DNA of 64,000 bases from Candidatus Nitrosomaritimum khambatensis (GCA_011773785.1 WVWY01000001.1:3085-67084), one strand, 5' to 3'; shown: positions 34,283 to 44,406, counted from the first letter of the stretch. A program made the numbers and translations. The notes: generated by a model from the letters alone, not told the origin.

Positions 34283-35317
34283 TTATTTGATTACTTCAAT
34301 TAACTCTTTGAGCTTTCTTCTAGATTTTGGTGGCCTTTTCTTATCAGGGTAGCCTATACAAAGAATAGAAGAAGGTCTCAAATCGGTACCCAAAATGGTC
34401 TGTATTTTTTTCTCATCAAGCATTCCAATCCAAATTGAACTCAGACCCAATCCTGCTGCAGCTAATTGAGCATATGCAGCAGCTAAGGTTGCATCCTGTA
34501 AGGAGAACTTGTCTAAAATTTCTTGAGGAAACTTTAGATTAACTCTTGAGGGATCCATGCAAAAGACCAGCACTACAGGCGCATTTACATAAGGTTGCTT
34601 ATTAGCAGCTTCAACCAGTGCTTCTTTGGTTGTTTTGTTTTTAATGTAGAAGATCTTTAGTCCTTGAAAGTTTCCAGCTGTGGGGGCGGTGTCTGCTGCA
34701 GCTAAAATTTTATCAATCTTCCAACTTTCAACTTTGGCATTATCAAATTTTCTAGTTGAACGCCGAGTTGCAAATATTTTAAAAATATCTGTCTGTACGG
34801 CTTTGTCTTTTTGTTCTGGTTTTGAAGATAAAATTGCCTGCAACAATGATGGTTTTTGTGGAGTTCGTTTTGGAGCAAATTTTTTCTCGTCCTTTTTCTT
34901 TTCTTTTCTTACCCATACTGAAGGATAGAATTCTTTGGAGCTAATGTAAACATATTTGGGTTCATGTGGAATTTTTACAAATTCTAGAACTTTTTTTTGT
35001 AATTCAAAAGTATCGGCTTCTAACTGTCTATGGTCTTGTAAGGTAAATTGAGTGACATCAGAGTTTACCATGATGGAGCTATTCATGTCTTCTAGGTGTA
35101 CTCTTCCAGCAACATCTTTTTTCAAAATCTCAACTAGGGAATCTAACTCATTTTTGCTTAAAATTACAGTGTCTGTTTCATCCTCGCCTTTTCCTTCCCA
35201 CACCAAACGACACCCATCCTTTGATGTGTAAGCAGGTTCAACTTTTGAAAACTCCATAATCTTTTGTCTATTGGCATGAAAATAAAAATTATGTTTGAAA
35301 TAAAGATCCCTTTCCAT
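34283..35317 (-). CDS. Nitroreductase-family domain fused to an uncharacterised N-terminal region of about 170 aa
   Basis: The C-terminal half has 'RRSTRKFDNAKVESWKIDKILAAADTAPTAGNFQG...VVLVFC...DATLAAAYAQLAAAGLGLSSIWIG'. The N-terminal half has no motif I recognise, followed by a K-rich linker. Confidence 0.7.
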   Translation of the reverse strand: MERDLYFKHNFYFHANRQKIMEFSKVEPAYTSKDGCRLVWEGKGEDETDTVILSKNELDSLVEILKKDVAGRVHLEDMNSSIMVNSDVTQFTLQDHRQLEADTFELQKKVLEFVKIPHEPKYVYISSKEFYPSVWVRKEKKKDEKKFAPKRTPQKPSLLQAILSSKPEQKDKAVQTDIFKIFATRRSTRKFDNAKVESWKIDKILAAADTAPTAGNFQGLKIFYIKNKTTKEALVEAANKQPYVNAPVVLVFCMDPSRVNLKFPQEILDKFSLQDATLAAAYAQLAAAGLGLSSIWIGMLDEKKIQTILGTDLRPSSILCIGYPDKKRPPKSRRKLKELIEVIK

Positions 35318-35377
35318 ACCAATCGTAACGGTTTTCTATTCATAAATTCAAGAAATTCTGTGAATCGTACAATTCAG

Positions 35378-35746
35378 ATGGTTGTAGAATCTATTACTGT
35401 TGAATTGGAGTTGGATGATTCAAATTCCCCCAAAACTGTTGAATCTTTTTTAAAAAATCTTCCATTCAGCGTAGATCTTAATGTTTGGGGAGATGAAATC
35501 TACACTTCTGAATCTCCGGTGGACGTTTCTGAAGAAAATGCAAAAACCCCCGTATCTCTAAATGATGTCGCATACTGGCCAACTGGAAAAGCAATCTGCC
35601 TATTTTATGGACCTACCCCTATAGGCAAACAAGGAGAGATAACTCCTGCGTCTCCAGTAAATGTCATTGGAAAAATATCTACTCCGGATAAATCCATTTT
35701 AGATATTGCAGAGGGAAAAAGAGCAACATTTCAAAAAAATTCATGA
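35378..35746 (+). CDS. Cyclophilin-like (TM1367-type) small protein
   Basis: 'ELELDDSNSPKTVESFLKNLPF...VWGDEIY...LNDVAYWPTGKAICLFYGPTP'. The start is set at internal ATG 35378, because the longer ORF overlaps the upstream gene. Confidence 0.55.
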   Translation: MVVESITVELELDDSNSPKTVESFLKNLPFSVDLNVWGDEIYTSESPVDVSEENAKTPVSLNDVAYWPTGKAICLFYGPTPIGKQGEITPASPVNVIGKISTPDKSILDIAEGKRATFQKNS

Positions 35747-36142
35747 TTAGTTAATTTCAATTAGGATTTCTTTTTCCAAAGTAAATGATCTGAACTGTTT
35801 TGATATTCCTGAAAAGATTATCCATACCTCGGGATTCAACTCCATGAATTTTCTATCAGTGTTGGATGGCTCTGCCTCCGAATTAGGATGCGAGTGAAAA
35901 ATTGCAACAATTTTTAATCCTGTCTCTCTTTCTATTTTATCTGCCTCCAGTCGCTGTTCAGGGGAAATTGTAAAATTAAGTGGAGATTCTTCAATATTTT
36001 TTGTTAGAAATATTTTTTCAACATTTGCTATATTTTCATTTTCTGTACCAAACAAAATGGCACATGACTCGTTTGGTTTTTCATTTTCTGCATGGTCTAA
36101 AAGAATTTGTTTTTGTTGTTCGGTTATGATGATTTTTTCCAA
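35747..36142 (-). CDS. Stand-alone JAMM/MPN+ metalloprotease
   Basis: Glu motif 'ESCAILFG' and the complete JAMM motif 'HSHPNSEAEPSNTD' (HxHx7Sx2D). TTG at 36142 lies 2 nt after the stop of the upstream cupredoxin gene; the alternative ATG 36175 would overlap that gene by 31 nt. Confidence 0.75.
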   Translation of the reverse strand: MEKIIITEQQKQILLDHAENEKPNESCAILFGTENENIANVEKIFLTKNIEESPLNFTISPEQRLEADKIERETGLKIVAIFHSHPNSEAEPSNTDRKFMELNPEVWIIFSGISKQFRSFTLEKEILIEIN

Positions 36143-36144
36143 TC

Positions 36145-37230
36145 TTATCCAGTTTCTACTGTGCCTACCATCCATGGGTGCACTACGCAGTAATAGTCTA
36201 CTAGACCTGATTCCATGAAAGTATATTCAAATGAATCTCCTGCCATTATCATTCCTGAATCAAATAATCCGTCAGCTCCATCTGCAGGAGTACCTGATGT
36301 AACTGTGTGAGCTGCTGAATCTTCATTAACCCAAACTACAGTTGTTGCAGGTTCTACTTGGAGATTCTCTGGATCATAATAGATTTGTCCTTCTTGTCTT
36401 ATTCCTGCACCTTCTGGCATGATTACTGTTACTGGTTCTTTTGGTTCTTCGATAATAATTTTTGATACCATCCAAGGATGGACAATACACAAGTATTCAT
36501 ACTCTCCTAGCTCTAAAGCAGATGTATCAAGTTGGTATTTTTCCCCTTTATCTAGCAATCCTGAATCAAATGTCTCTCCAATATCTTCTGAACTTGTAAC
36601 AGTATGTGCAAGTGAATCTACATTAGTCCATTCAATGATGTATCCTTGTGGAACATAAGCTACATCTGGTTCATAATCTGGGTTTCCTTCAACAGCAGAG
36701 TTTGCTAAAATTGTAATTGGATATATTGGACCTGTTGGCTCTGCTTCAACTTCTTCTTCTACAATTTCTTCAGCAATTATGTATGTGTCTGGACTTACAA
36801 ATCCAAATGCTACAAAGGAAACTATCCCTGTAATTCCTGCTAATGCAATTATTGTTCCTATAGGTTTGATTCGTGTAGGCATTTTTGCTGCCACATATGC
36901 TATTACTATTGCTGGAAATGCAATTGCCAACAACAAACCTGCAAATATGTTAGTAGATTCTATAGTATTCATAGTAAATGAGTACATTCCAAATCCAAGA
37001 GCAATTGAAAGCACAACTAGCGTAGTTGCCTTGGCCCGGTTGCTTGTTGAGACCCCTCCATCTAAAATTCCTGCTGCAAGAAATATCAGCCCTATAAACA
37101 TGGTAAGGCCTGTAAGTGCATGCATTCCATCAATGAATGTATGAGCCAGTCCTGCATAGGAAATCACTACTCCAGCCAAGCCTATGGCCGTTAATCCCAT
37201 ACCTGGCATCATGAGGTCCCAATTACTCAT
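36145..37230 (-). CDS. Polytopic membrane protein with two C-terminal cupredoxin (plastocyanin-like) domains
   Basis: About 5 N-terminal TM helices, then 'LAHTVTSS...YEYLCIVHPWMVSKI' and 'AAHTVTSG...VDYYCVVHPWMVGTV', which carry H/C/H/M type-1 Cu ligands. Confidence 0.8.
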   Translation of the reverse strand: MSNWDLMMPGMGLTAIGLAGVVISYAGLAHTFIDGMHALTGLTMFIGLIFLAAGILDGGVSTSNRAKATTLVVLSIALGFGMYSFTMNTIESTNIFAGLLLAIAFPAIVIAYVAAKMPTRIKPIGTIIALAGITGIVSFVAFGFVSPDTYIIAEEIVEEEVEAEPTGPIYPITILANSAVEGNPDYEPDVAYVPQGYIIEWTNVDSLAHTVTSSEDIGETFDSGLLDKGEKYQLDTSALELGEYEYLCIVHPWMVSKIIIEEPKEPVTVIMPEGAGIRQEGQIYYDPENLQVEPATTVVWVNEDSAAHTVTSGTPADGADGLFDSGMIMAGDSFEYTFMESGLVDYYCVVHPWMVGTVETG

Positions 37231-37329
37231 TCATGCTAGCTTGTAGGAGTGATATACTTATTCCTTTTGAACTTGTATAGATCATCAAAGTCGAATAAAT
37301 TAAATGGCTTTGGAAGAGGATAGAGTGAA

Positions 37330-38205
37330 TTGGGACTAAAGGAGATTGTGGAGGTTTCTAAACCTCGTATTATAGTACTGCTAGTGATAACTGCTGTTAC
37401 CTCAATGTATGCAGCAAGCAAATTAGTTGGCCCTGAACTGGATAATTTTGGCCTAATCCATATTATTATTGCAGGTGCATTGGCATCGGCCGGTTCAAGT
37501 GCGTTAAACCACTATTATGATAGAGACATCGATCCCAAAATGAAACGAACTAGCCAAAGACCCATTCCTTCAGGAAGAATAGCAGCATCGCATGTATTGA
37601 TTTATGGATTGGCCGTAAGTTGCATTTCTGTAATTTATGGATACTTTGCACTAAATGCAGTTGCTGCTTCCTTTATTGCACTAGGAATTTTTTCATATGT
37701 AATAATCTATACTGTTTGGCTTAAGAGACTAAATTCCTCAAACATTGTAATTGGTGGTATTGCAGGAAGTGCAGCAGCTTGGGCTGGTTGGTCCGCAGCT
37801 ACTGGCTCGATGGATTTGTTAGGATTTCTAATTGGCTTTTTGGTTTTTGTGTGGACTCCATCTCACTTTTGGTGTCTTGCAATGAAAATAAGAGACGATT
37901 ATGCCGAAGCAGAAGTCCCAATGCTTCCAGTAATTATTGGAATGCAAAAAACATCAAAATACATTTTGGCAAACACTTTGATTTTACTTCCCTATTCAAT
38001 TATACCATCATTTTTTGGAATGGGTCTTGTTTATACAATAATTGCACTTATATCTGGAGGTTTAATGCTTGCATATCATTTCAAACTCACAAAGACCCCA
38101 ACTTCGGAATTTGCATGGAAGGCATACAAAGTAACTGCTCCATACTTGACAATAATTTTTGTAGCCGTTGCGTTGGATGCGGCGTTTCACATTCCTTTAT
38201 TTTAG
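37330..38205 (+). CDS. ctaB: Protoheme IX farnesyltransferase (heme O synthase)
   Basis: 'ALNHYYDRDIDPKMKRTSQRPIPSGRI' and 'TPSHFWCLAM'; UbiA-fold TM protein. Confidence 0.9.
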   Translation: MGLKEIVEVSKPRIIVLLVITAVTSMYAASKLVGPELDNFGLIHIIIAGALASAGSSALNHYYDRDIDPKMKRTSQRPIPSGRIAASHVLIYGLAVSCISVIYGYFALNAVAASFIALGIFSYVIIYTVWLKRLNSSNIVIGGIAGSAAAWAGWSAATGSMDLLGFLIGFLVFVWTPSHFWCLAMKIRDDYAEAEVPMLPVIIGMQKTSKYILANTLILLPYSIIPSFFGMGLVYTIIALISGGLMLAYHFKLTKTPTSEFAWKAYKVTAPYLTIIFVAVALDAAFHIPLF

Positions 38206-38212
38206 AATCTAA

Positions 38213-38509
38213 TTATTTCTCAAAACCTGGAAAACTAGCCTCGTAGTCTTTTTCCATCATTTCTTTATTTTGTTCTTCAACTTCATCTATCTCTTCTTTT
38301 TCCGAAATTACTTCTATTCTACGAGTATCTTTTGTAATCCAAGCGACATTAATCAAACCCATTATCTCTAAATCCAATAGAATTTTGTTGAATTTGTCTT
38401 CTGTCATAATATAACCTCCTTTGGAGAGAGCTTTGTACAATTCAGAATCTGTGAGAGATCCTTCCTCTTTGATTTTATCAAATACCGTATTTCTTATTGG
38501 AATTGCCAT
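38213..38509 (-). CDS. Small hypothetical protein (possible winged-helix fold) downstream of cdc48
   Basis: The 98-aa gene starts 3 nt after the cdc48 stop and has an acidic C-terminus. Confidence 0.5.
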   Translation of the reverse strand: MAIPIRNTVFDKIKEEGSLTDSELYKALSKGGYIMTEDKFNKILLDLEIMGLINVAWITKDTRRIEVISEKEEIDEVEEQNKEMMEKDYEASFPGFEK

Positions 38510-38511
38510 GA

Positions 38512-40680
38512 TTAACCGTAAAATGACTTATCTCTTGATTTTGGTACTACATTAGATATACTTTCTCTTACTGTGTTGTACCATTGGTCTACCTCTTTTG
38601 TTATTGAAGGTCTAACTTGTTTTAGGCTATTTGCAAAGTCTTTACTCGTTATTTTTTCTGAATTATTTCTCATTGCTTGTATTGCAGCTTCTCTACACAA
38701 AGCTGCTAAATCGGCCCCTGAATAGTTTTGAGTTGCCACTGCTATTTCTTGTAATTTAACATCTTTATCAAGTGGCATCTTTTCAGTTAATATTTTGATA
38801 ATCTCTAATCTTCCTTTTTCATCTGGAGGTGGAACATAAAGTACTAAATCTAATCTGCCAGTTCTTAGAAGAGAATTATCTAATACATCTGGTCGGTTTG
38901 TTATTCCTATTACTACCACACGCGAGGAAATTCCTTCTTCAATCTCTGTTAACAATTGACTAAGTACAGTTTCAGTAACTCCTCCTTCACCTGTTTTTGA
39001 TCTTACAAGAGAATCAAGCTCATCAAAAATTACGACACAAGGAGAAGATGCTTTAGCTTTTCGGAATATTTCTCTAATCCCTTTTTCTGATTCTCCAACC
39101 CACTTAGATAATAACTCAGGTCCTTTGACTAGAATCATATTTGCCCCGCTTTCTGTGGCTAAGGCTCTTGCAATCAATGTTTTTCCACAACCAGGAGGTC
39201 CATAAATTAAAGCACCTTTGGGTGGTTTGATTCCCATCTTTGTAAATTTGGTAGGGTCTTTCATTGCTGAAATTAAATTATCTTTTAATGCAGATTTTAT
39301 CTCTTCAAGGCCTCCTACATCTTGCCACCATACTTTTGATCTTTCTACGTAGAATTCTCTCATTGCAGTTGGAACAACTTCATGCATTGCATCATAGAAG
39401 TCAATTAATTTAATTTGCATTGATTGTAAAACTTCTGAAGGGATTTTTTCACTTTCTAAATCAATTTCTGGTAGATATCTTCGAATCGATTTCATTGCTG
39501 CTTCTCTACAAAGTGATTTGATGTCGGCACCAGTATATCCGTGAAGTTCTGCGGCAAGGTCTTTTAGATCGATTTCTTCTGCCACTGGCATTCCTCTTGT
39601 ATGAATTAGCAATATCTCTAATCTTCCATCTTCATTGGGCACTGAAATTTCAAATTCTCTGTCAAATCTACCTGGTCTTCTTAGAGCAGGATCGATGCTA
39701 TCAGGCCTATTTGTAGCACCAAGAACTATTACATTTCCTCTGTCATTTAGACCATCCATCAAAGCTAGCAACTGAGCCACAACTCTTTTTTCAACATCTC
39801 CATAGGCTTCTTCTCTTTTTGGTGCTATTGCATCAATCTCGTCTATGAAAATTATACTTGGAGAGTTGTCCTTAGCTTCTTTAAAAATATCTCTTAGTTT
39901 TGCTTCTGTTTCACCATAATACTTGTTCATGATTTCTGGTCCATTAATCAAAAACATGTTTGCCTCTGATTCACTTGCAAGTACTTTTGCAATGAGAGTC
40001 TTACCGCATCCTGGTGGCCCATAAAGCAAAATTCCACTATGAGGCTCTACGCCAAGCCTTGCAAATAATTCTGGATGTTTTAATGGCAGTTCTACAATTT
40101 CTCTCATCGCCTTTACTTCGTGTCCTAGACCTCCAACCTCCTCGTAGGTCACTCTTAGTTTTCTGTCAACAGAAGGTTCAGTAGAAATAGTAAGATTAGT
40201 TGAGCGGTCAATCTTTACAACATGTTTTGGAGTTGTTTTTGTAATTTTAAAATCCATCGAGTTTCCCAAAATCATAACAGATATTTCATCACCGTGGGAG
40301 ATTGGTAACCCTTTCAATCTATTTTTAACAAAATCTGTAAATTCCTTGTCTACTGTTACAGTATCATTAAGAGGTGTAAGTGAAACTGATTTTGCAATTT
40401 TTGTACTTACTTTTTTTACTTTTACAATGTCGTTTAGAGAAGCTCCTATGTTCTTTCTTGTTTGTCCATCAATTCTAATAATGTCTGGAAATTTTTCATC
40501 CTCATCAACTGGCCATACAACTGCACAACTAGATCTTGAACCCATCACATCAATGGTATCGCCAGGAGTGACTTTGAGGTAATCCATAGCTTCTGGGCCA
40601 ATTCGAGCTCGCTTTTTACCAACATCTCTTTGTTTTGCCTCGCCCACTCTCATCTGCAAAGGTTCTTCTTTGCGTGCCAA
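38512..40680 (-). CDS. cdc48: CDC48/VCP-type AAA+ ATPase (two AAA domains)
   Basis: Two Walker A motifs 'GPPGCGKTL', Walker B motifs 'IIFIDEIDA' and 'VVIFDELDS', and an N-domain 'RVGEAKQRDVGKKRARI'. Confidence 0.95.
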   Translation of the reverse strand: MARKEEPLQMRVGEAKQRDVGKKRARIGPEAMDYLKVTPGDTIDVMGSRSSCAVVWPVDEDEKFPDIIRIDGQTRKNIGASLNDIVKVKKVSTKIAKSVSLTPLNDTVTVDKEFTDFVKNRLKGLPISHGDEISVMILGNSMDFKITKTTPKHVVKIDRSTNLTISTEPSVDRKLRVTYEEVGGLGHEVKAMREIVELPLKHPELFARLGVEPHSGILLYGPPGCGKTLIAKVLASESEANMFLINGPEIMNKYYGETEAKLRDIFKEAKDNSPSIIFIDEIDAIAPKREEAYGDVEKRVVAQLLALMDGLNDRGNVIVLGATNRPDSIDPALRRPGRFDREFEISVPNEDGRLEILLIHTRGMPVAEEIDLKDLAAELHGYTGADIKSLCREAAMKSIRRYLPEIDLESEKIPSEVLQSMQIKLIDFYDAMHEVVPTAMREFYVERSKVWWQDVGGLEEIKSALKDNLISAMKDPTKFTKMGIKPPKGALIYGPPGCGKTLIARALATESGANMILVKGPELLSKWVGESEKGIREIFRKAKASSPCVVIFDELDSLVRSKTGEGGVTETVLSQLLTEIEEGISSRVVVIGITNRPDVLDNSLLRTGRLDLVLYVPPPDEKGRLEIIKILTEKMPLDKDVKLQEIAVATQNYSGADLAALCREAAIQAMRNNSEKITSKDFANSLKQVRPSITKEVDQWYNTVRESISNVVPKSRDKSFYG

Positions 40681-40688
40681 AAAACCAC

Positions 40689-40970
40689 CTACTTCATGTC
40701 AACAGACATTCTACTCATATTGAGTACTTCGAACTCGCTGACTCCTTCTACAGATTTTACTGCATCTTCCAATGCATCCATTTGACCTTCAGAGTCATTT
40801 ACAATGAACTCTGCTTTGATGAAATACATGCCAAAAGCTAATGGTTCTTTTGCATGTCTTTTGAGGGTCTGACCTTCTTTAATTGCACCTTTAATGGATT
40901 CTGCCAAAGCGTCTAAATCTACTTCAGGTCCTTTTGGTAGTATTTTTGTAATTAAAAGTAATTCTGCCAT
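40689..40970 (-). CDS. Translation elongation factor aEF-1 beta
   Basis: 93 aa. '[16 protein letters not shown]...[18 protein letters not shown]...[17 protein letters not shown]' fits the aEF-1beta pattern. Confidence 0.8.
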   Translation of the reverse strand: MAELLLITKILPKGPEVDLDALAESIKGAIKEGQTLKRHAKEPLAFGMYFIKAEFIVNDSEGQMDALEDAVKSVEGVSEFEVLNMSRMSVDMK

Positions 40971-40973
40971 TTT

Positions 40974-41171
40974 CTAAGGTCCCTGAAAGTTACATGAAGA
41001 ACAAGTATAATTTCTCGCTGCTTCTCTGCAACTTTCACATCTCCAAATTAAATCATTACCGCAATTTGGGCAATTGAATTTAACACACTTATCATTAGGC
41101 ATAATATGTCTTAAACAACAGCTACATGTTGGTAATGATATGGTAGATGACATAAGTCGATTTTTCTTCAA
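40974..41171 (-). CDS. Zinc-finger protein (COG2888 / HVO_2753-like, four CxxC pairs)
   Basis: 'CSCC...CVKFNCPNCG...WRCESC...CSSC'. It keeps the conserved position upstream of aEF-1beta. Confidence 0.65.
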   Translation of the reverse strand: MKKNRLMSSTISLPTCSCCLRHIMPNDKCVKFNCPNCGNDLIWRCESCREAARNYTCSSCNFQGP

Positions 41172-41208
41172 ACATCATTTATACCTTGCTTAAAAATTAA
41201 GCAACAAT

Positions 41209-42345
41209 CTAACTTAGAATCTTTTTCAATTGACTGCTAATTAATGCCTGCGCAGTCTTGACCGATCCTTTAATTCCAAGAAGTTTTAAAATTGAGCCTG
41301 TGTGAAAATCAAAGTCTTCTGTTTCTGAAATCTCTTTGATTATTTCTGGAGTTACTAAATCAAACAATTTGTTAATCGTGTTATTGTCAAATTTTTCTAA
41401 AATTTTTCTTGCCCATAACTGCTTTTCAAATTCATCCCCAAATTGTTTTATCCATTGTTTTTGATATTCTTCCAAATCTTCTGTCCTTGATGATTTTAAA
41501 AATTTTGAAATTGCTTTTCCGGCAAGAATTCCTCCCATGCCTGAAGTATAAATTCCTCCTGATGTTGTAGGTTTTGCTTGTCCTGCAGCATCCCCAACAA
41601 CTACGGTTTTTCCTTCAACAAATTTCTTAATTGGGCCTTTTATCCAAATGGGCGCAAAAATTTTTCTTATTGTTGAATATTCTCCCTTTCTTTCCAAAAA
41701 CTCTTCAAGAACTTCAGCCACTTTGATTCCTTTTCCAGCAACACCAACTTTTCCTTTTCCCTCCCCTGATGGGATTACCCAAGCAAAAAATCCTGGATAT
41801 TTTTCTTGATCAAAATAAACCTCGACTTTTCCTTTTTTTATCCAGTCTGCATAGATTTCATATTGTGCAGTTGATAAAATCCCTGCACGATCTTTATGAA
41901 TTATTGAAGAAATACCTCTTGCATCGACAAAAACTTTGCATTTAATCTCTTCATCATTTGTTCTTACCCCGTCTTCAGTTAGTTCTTGAAAACTGGTTTT
42001 GACTTTGATGGTTGCACCATTTTTTTGTGCTTGGTGTGCTATTTGCTTGTCTAACTCCCTCCTATTGATTTCTGCAACTTTTTGTTTTTTGGAATTTATT
42101 GAAAAATTTTTTCCATTGGGCGCATAAATTGTAGCTGAATCAATTATGTGTTCAAAAGTCTTTGTAAAAGGGATGATTCCGAGTTTTTCTAATCCTGATG
42201 TGCTAACAAGACCTCCACAGTGCTCAGGAGTGCCTATTTCATAATCTTCTTCAATTACAATCACACTATTTCCTCTACTGGCAATCTCTCTGGCACATAA
42301 CAAACCTGCGACACTTCCACCTGCTACTACAACATCATAGTTCAC
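41209..42345 (-). CDS. Geranylgeranyl reductase family flavoprotein
   Basis: 'YDVVVAGGSVAGLLCAREIA' FAD fold and 'VVGDAAGQAKPTTSGGI'. Confidence 0.85.
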   Translation of the reverse strand: MNYDVVVAGGSVAGLLCAREIASRGNSVIVIEEDYEIGTPEHCGGLVSTSGLEKLGIIPFTKTFEHIIDSATIYAPNGKNFSINSKKQKVAEINRRELDKQIAHQAQKNGATIKVKTSFQELTEDGVRTNDEEIKCKVFVDARGISSIIHKDRAGILSTAQYEIYADWIKKGKVEVYFDQEKYPGFFAWVIPSGEGKGKVGVAGKGIKVAEVLEEFLERKGEYSTIRKIFAPIWIKGPIKKFVEGKTVVVGDAAGQAKPTTSGGIYTSGMGGILAGKAISKFLKSSRTEDLEEYQKQWIKQFGDEFEKQLWARKILEKFDNNTINKLFDLVTPEIIKEISETEDFDFHTGSILKLLGIKGSVKTAQALISSQLKKILS

Positions 42346-42411
42346 AGATTTTGTTTCTTTGTCAATTATTTATTTCAAAAGTTTTTCATTATCCCTTTTT
42401 TTCTTATTTGT

Positions 42412-42765
42412 GTGGGAGAAATAAAACAAGTAATCGTGGTCAGATCAGATCTTGATATGGGTAAAGGAAAAATTGCAGCTCAAGTAGGACATGCATGTGT
42501 TTTAGGAGCTGAACATGTAAGAAAATCTCACCCAGAGTGGTTTGAACAATGGTGGCTTGGTCAAGAAAAAGTAGTTGTTAAGGTACCAGGAATAAAAGAA
42601 TTACAGGAAGTTAAACGTCATGCTATTGATTTGGATCTACCTTGGTCTGAAGTTACAGATGCAGGTCATACTCAAATCGCTCCAGGAACCACTACTTGCA
42701 TTTCAATAGGTCCTGCACCAGAAAATTTAATCGACAAAGTGACAGGCGAGTTGAAATTACTCTAA
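42412..42765 (+). CDS. pth2: Peptidyl-tRNA hydrolase, archaeal Pth2 type
   Basis: 'KQVIVVRSDLDMGKGKIAAQVGHA...KVVVKV...TDAGHTQIAPGTTTCISIGP'. Confidence 0.9.
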   Translation: MGEIKQVIVVRSDLDMGKGKIAAQVGHACVLGAEHVRKSHPEWFEQWWLGQEKVVVKVPGIKELQEVKRHAIDLDLPWSEVTDAGHTQIAPGTTTCISIGPAPENLIDKVTGELKLL

Positions 42766-42813
42766 ATTTGATTTGTGGAATAAGATATAACAAGGTTCAA
42801 TGGAATTTTTTTT

Positions 42814-44406
42814 GTGAATAAGAAAGGTATAGCAGTTGCTGCATTTTTTGGTTTTATTCTGTTAACATCAACAGTCATGATTTCGTTACCAGGCTTAATG
42901 GACCCGGTAGATCCTGATTCAGAAACAACAATGACTGGAACACCAGCTGATAACTATCCAGATGCTCAAAGAGCAGAATTTTGTGGTTCAAGCATTGCCA
43001 AGTCCACAAATTTTGTAAAAGAATATTCTATTCCTACTGTTTGTACGAACCCATTAGCAATTGTAACTGACTATGAAGGAAATGTTTGGTTTGCTCAAAC
43101 AAACACAGGAAATTTAGCTAAATTTGATCCTATAACTGAAACTTTCACCGAGTACGAAAACCCAACTTGGCCACCAAATGGCCGCTCTATGATGTGGGGT
43201 ATGGATGACGCTCCTGATGGTGGAATTTGGTATACTGATGAAACTTTTGATTCTATTTGGAAGTTTACTCCAGAGGAAGAGAGGTATCAGAGATTCACTT
43301 ATCCTTCTCAGGGTGATGCACTTCCTCAGAAATTAAAAATCGAAGGATCTCAAATTATTGTAAATGATTTTACTGGAAACAAAATTACCTTCTTAGATCC
43401 TAATGTAGCAAATCAGGAAGAATTTTTCTATCTCAGTGTTCCTTCTCCAATGGAAAATGCAGTGACTTCTGACTTTGCCATTGATGCAGAAAATAATGTG
43501 TGGTATACTAATTGGATATTTCAACAAGGGGGAGTTCTAGTGAAATTTGATCAAGACGGTTACCGAAATGCTGTGGCAAATACTGGAGAAGAATTTTTGC
43601 CTTTAGGTGATTATGTCGAGGTAGTCGCTCTACCCGAAGATTTGATTGCACCAAACGGTGCTGTAATAACCGATGGAAAAATTTGGTTAGGAGATACTGC
43701 TAGCTCTAATTTCTATAGTTACGATCCACAGACTGATTCCTGGATTCGATATGTTACATCCGATCCACCATCTTCGACTTATGGAAATTCTACTGGTATA
43801 ATCAAGTCGCCAATTTCAAGACCTTATTGGGTTGAAACTAATGATTTAGGTCATCTAGTTTTCAATGAACAAAACGCCAATAGATTGGCAGTATTGGATC
43901 CAAAATCTGAAACTTTGGTAGAATATTTTGTTCCTTCAATGAATCCAAATTGGGGAGACTGTGGTGAAATGCAAAACTGTGGCCTTGCACAAGTTTTTGA
44001 TTTTACTGTGGATGGTGACAAAATTTGGTTTACTGAATGGGTAGAAAACAACATTGGAGTAGTTGATACATCCAAAGCACTGCCTATTGAAATTCAAATG
44101 GATTCTGGGACTGTTTCTTTATCTCCAGGTGAGTCTGCAGACTTGTTCTTCGTAGTTTCACCTACAACTGAAACGGATTTGGCTGAGGTTTCACTAGTTT
44201 TGGCTGATTCTCACGAATTTTTGAATCTTAGCATTGATCAAAGTACTCCTAAATCATTCCAGCTAGACTTTGATGCTCCTCGACCAATTTCTACCACTAT
44301 ATCTGCATCCGAAGATGCTGTTTCTGGAACCTACAAAGTTCTTCTTGGTGCTTATACAGATGAAGTGGCAGTAAGCAAATTCCTTACTGTAGAAATAACA
44401 TCGTGA
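42814..44406 (+). CDS. Secreted beta-propeller protein with Vgb (virginiamycin B lyase)-like repeats
   Basis: N-terminal TM or signal. Recurring blades: 'GNVWFAQTNTGNLAKFDP', 'GGIWYTDETFDSIWKFTP', 'NNVWYTNW', 'DGKIWLGDTASSNFYSYDP', 'DKIWFTEWVENNIGVVD'. Confidence 0.6.
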   Translation: MNKKGIAVAAFFGFILLTSTVMISLPGLMDPVDPDSETTMTGTPADNYPDAQRAEFCGSSIAKSTNFVKEYSIPTVCTNPLAIVTDYEGNVWFAQTNTGNLAKFDPITETFTEYENPTWPPNGRSMMWGMDDAPDGGIWYTDETFDSIWKFTPEEERYQRFTYPSQGDALPQKLKIEGSQIIVNDFTGNKITFLDPNVANQEEFFYLSVPSPMENAVTSDFAIDAENNVWYTNWIFQQGGVLVKFDQDGYRNAVANTGEEFLPLGDYVEVVALPEDLIAPNGAVITDGKIWLGDTASSNFYSYDPQTDSWIRYVTSDPPSSTYGNSTGIIKSPISRPYWVETNDLGHLVFNEQNANRLAVLDPKSETLVEYFVPSMNPNWGDCGEMQNCGLAQVFDFTVDGDKIWFTEWVENNIGVVDTSKALPIEIQMDSGTVSLSPGESADLFFVVSPTTETDLAEVSLVLADSHEFLNLSIDQSTPKSFQLDFDAPRPISTTISASEDAVSGTYKVLLGAYTDEVAVSKFLTVEITS

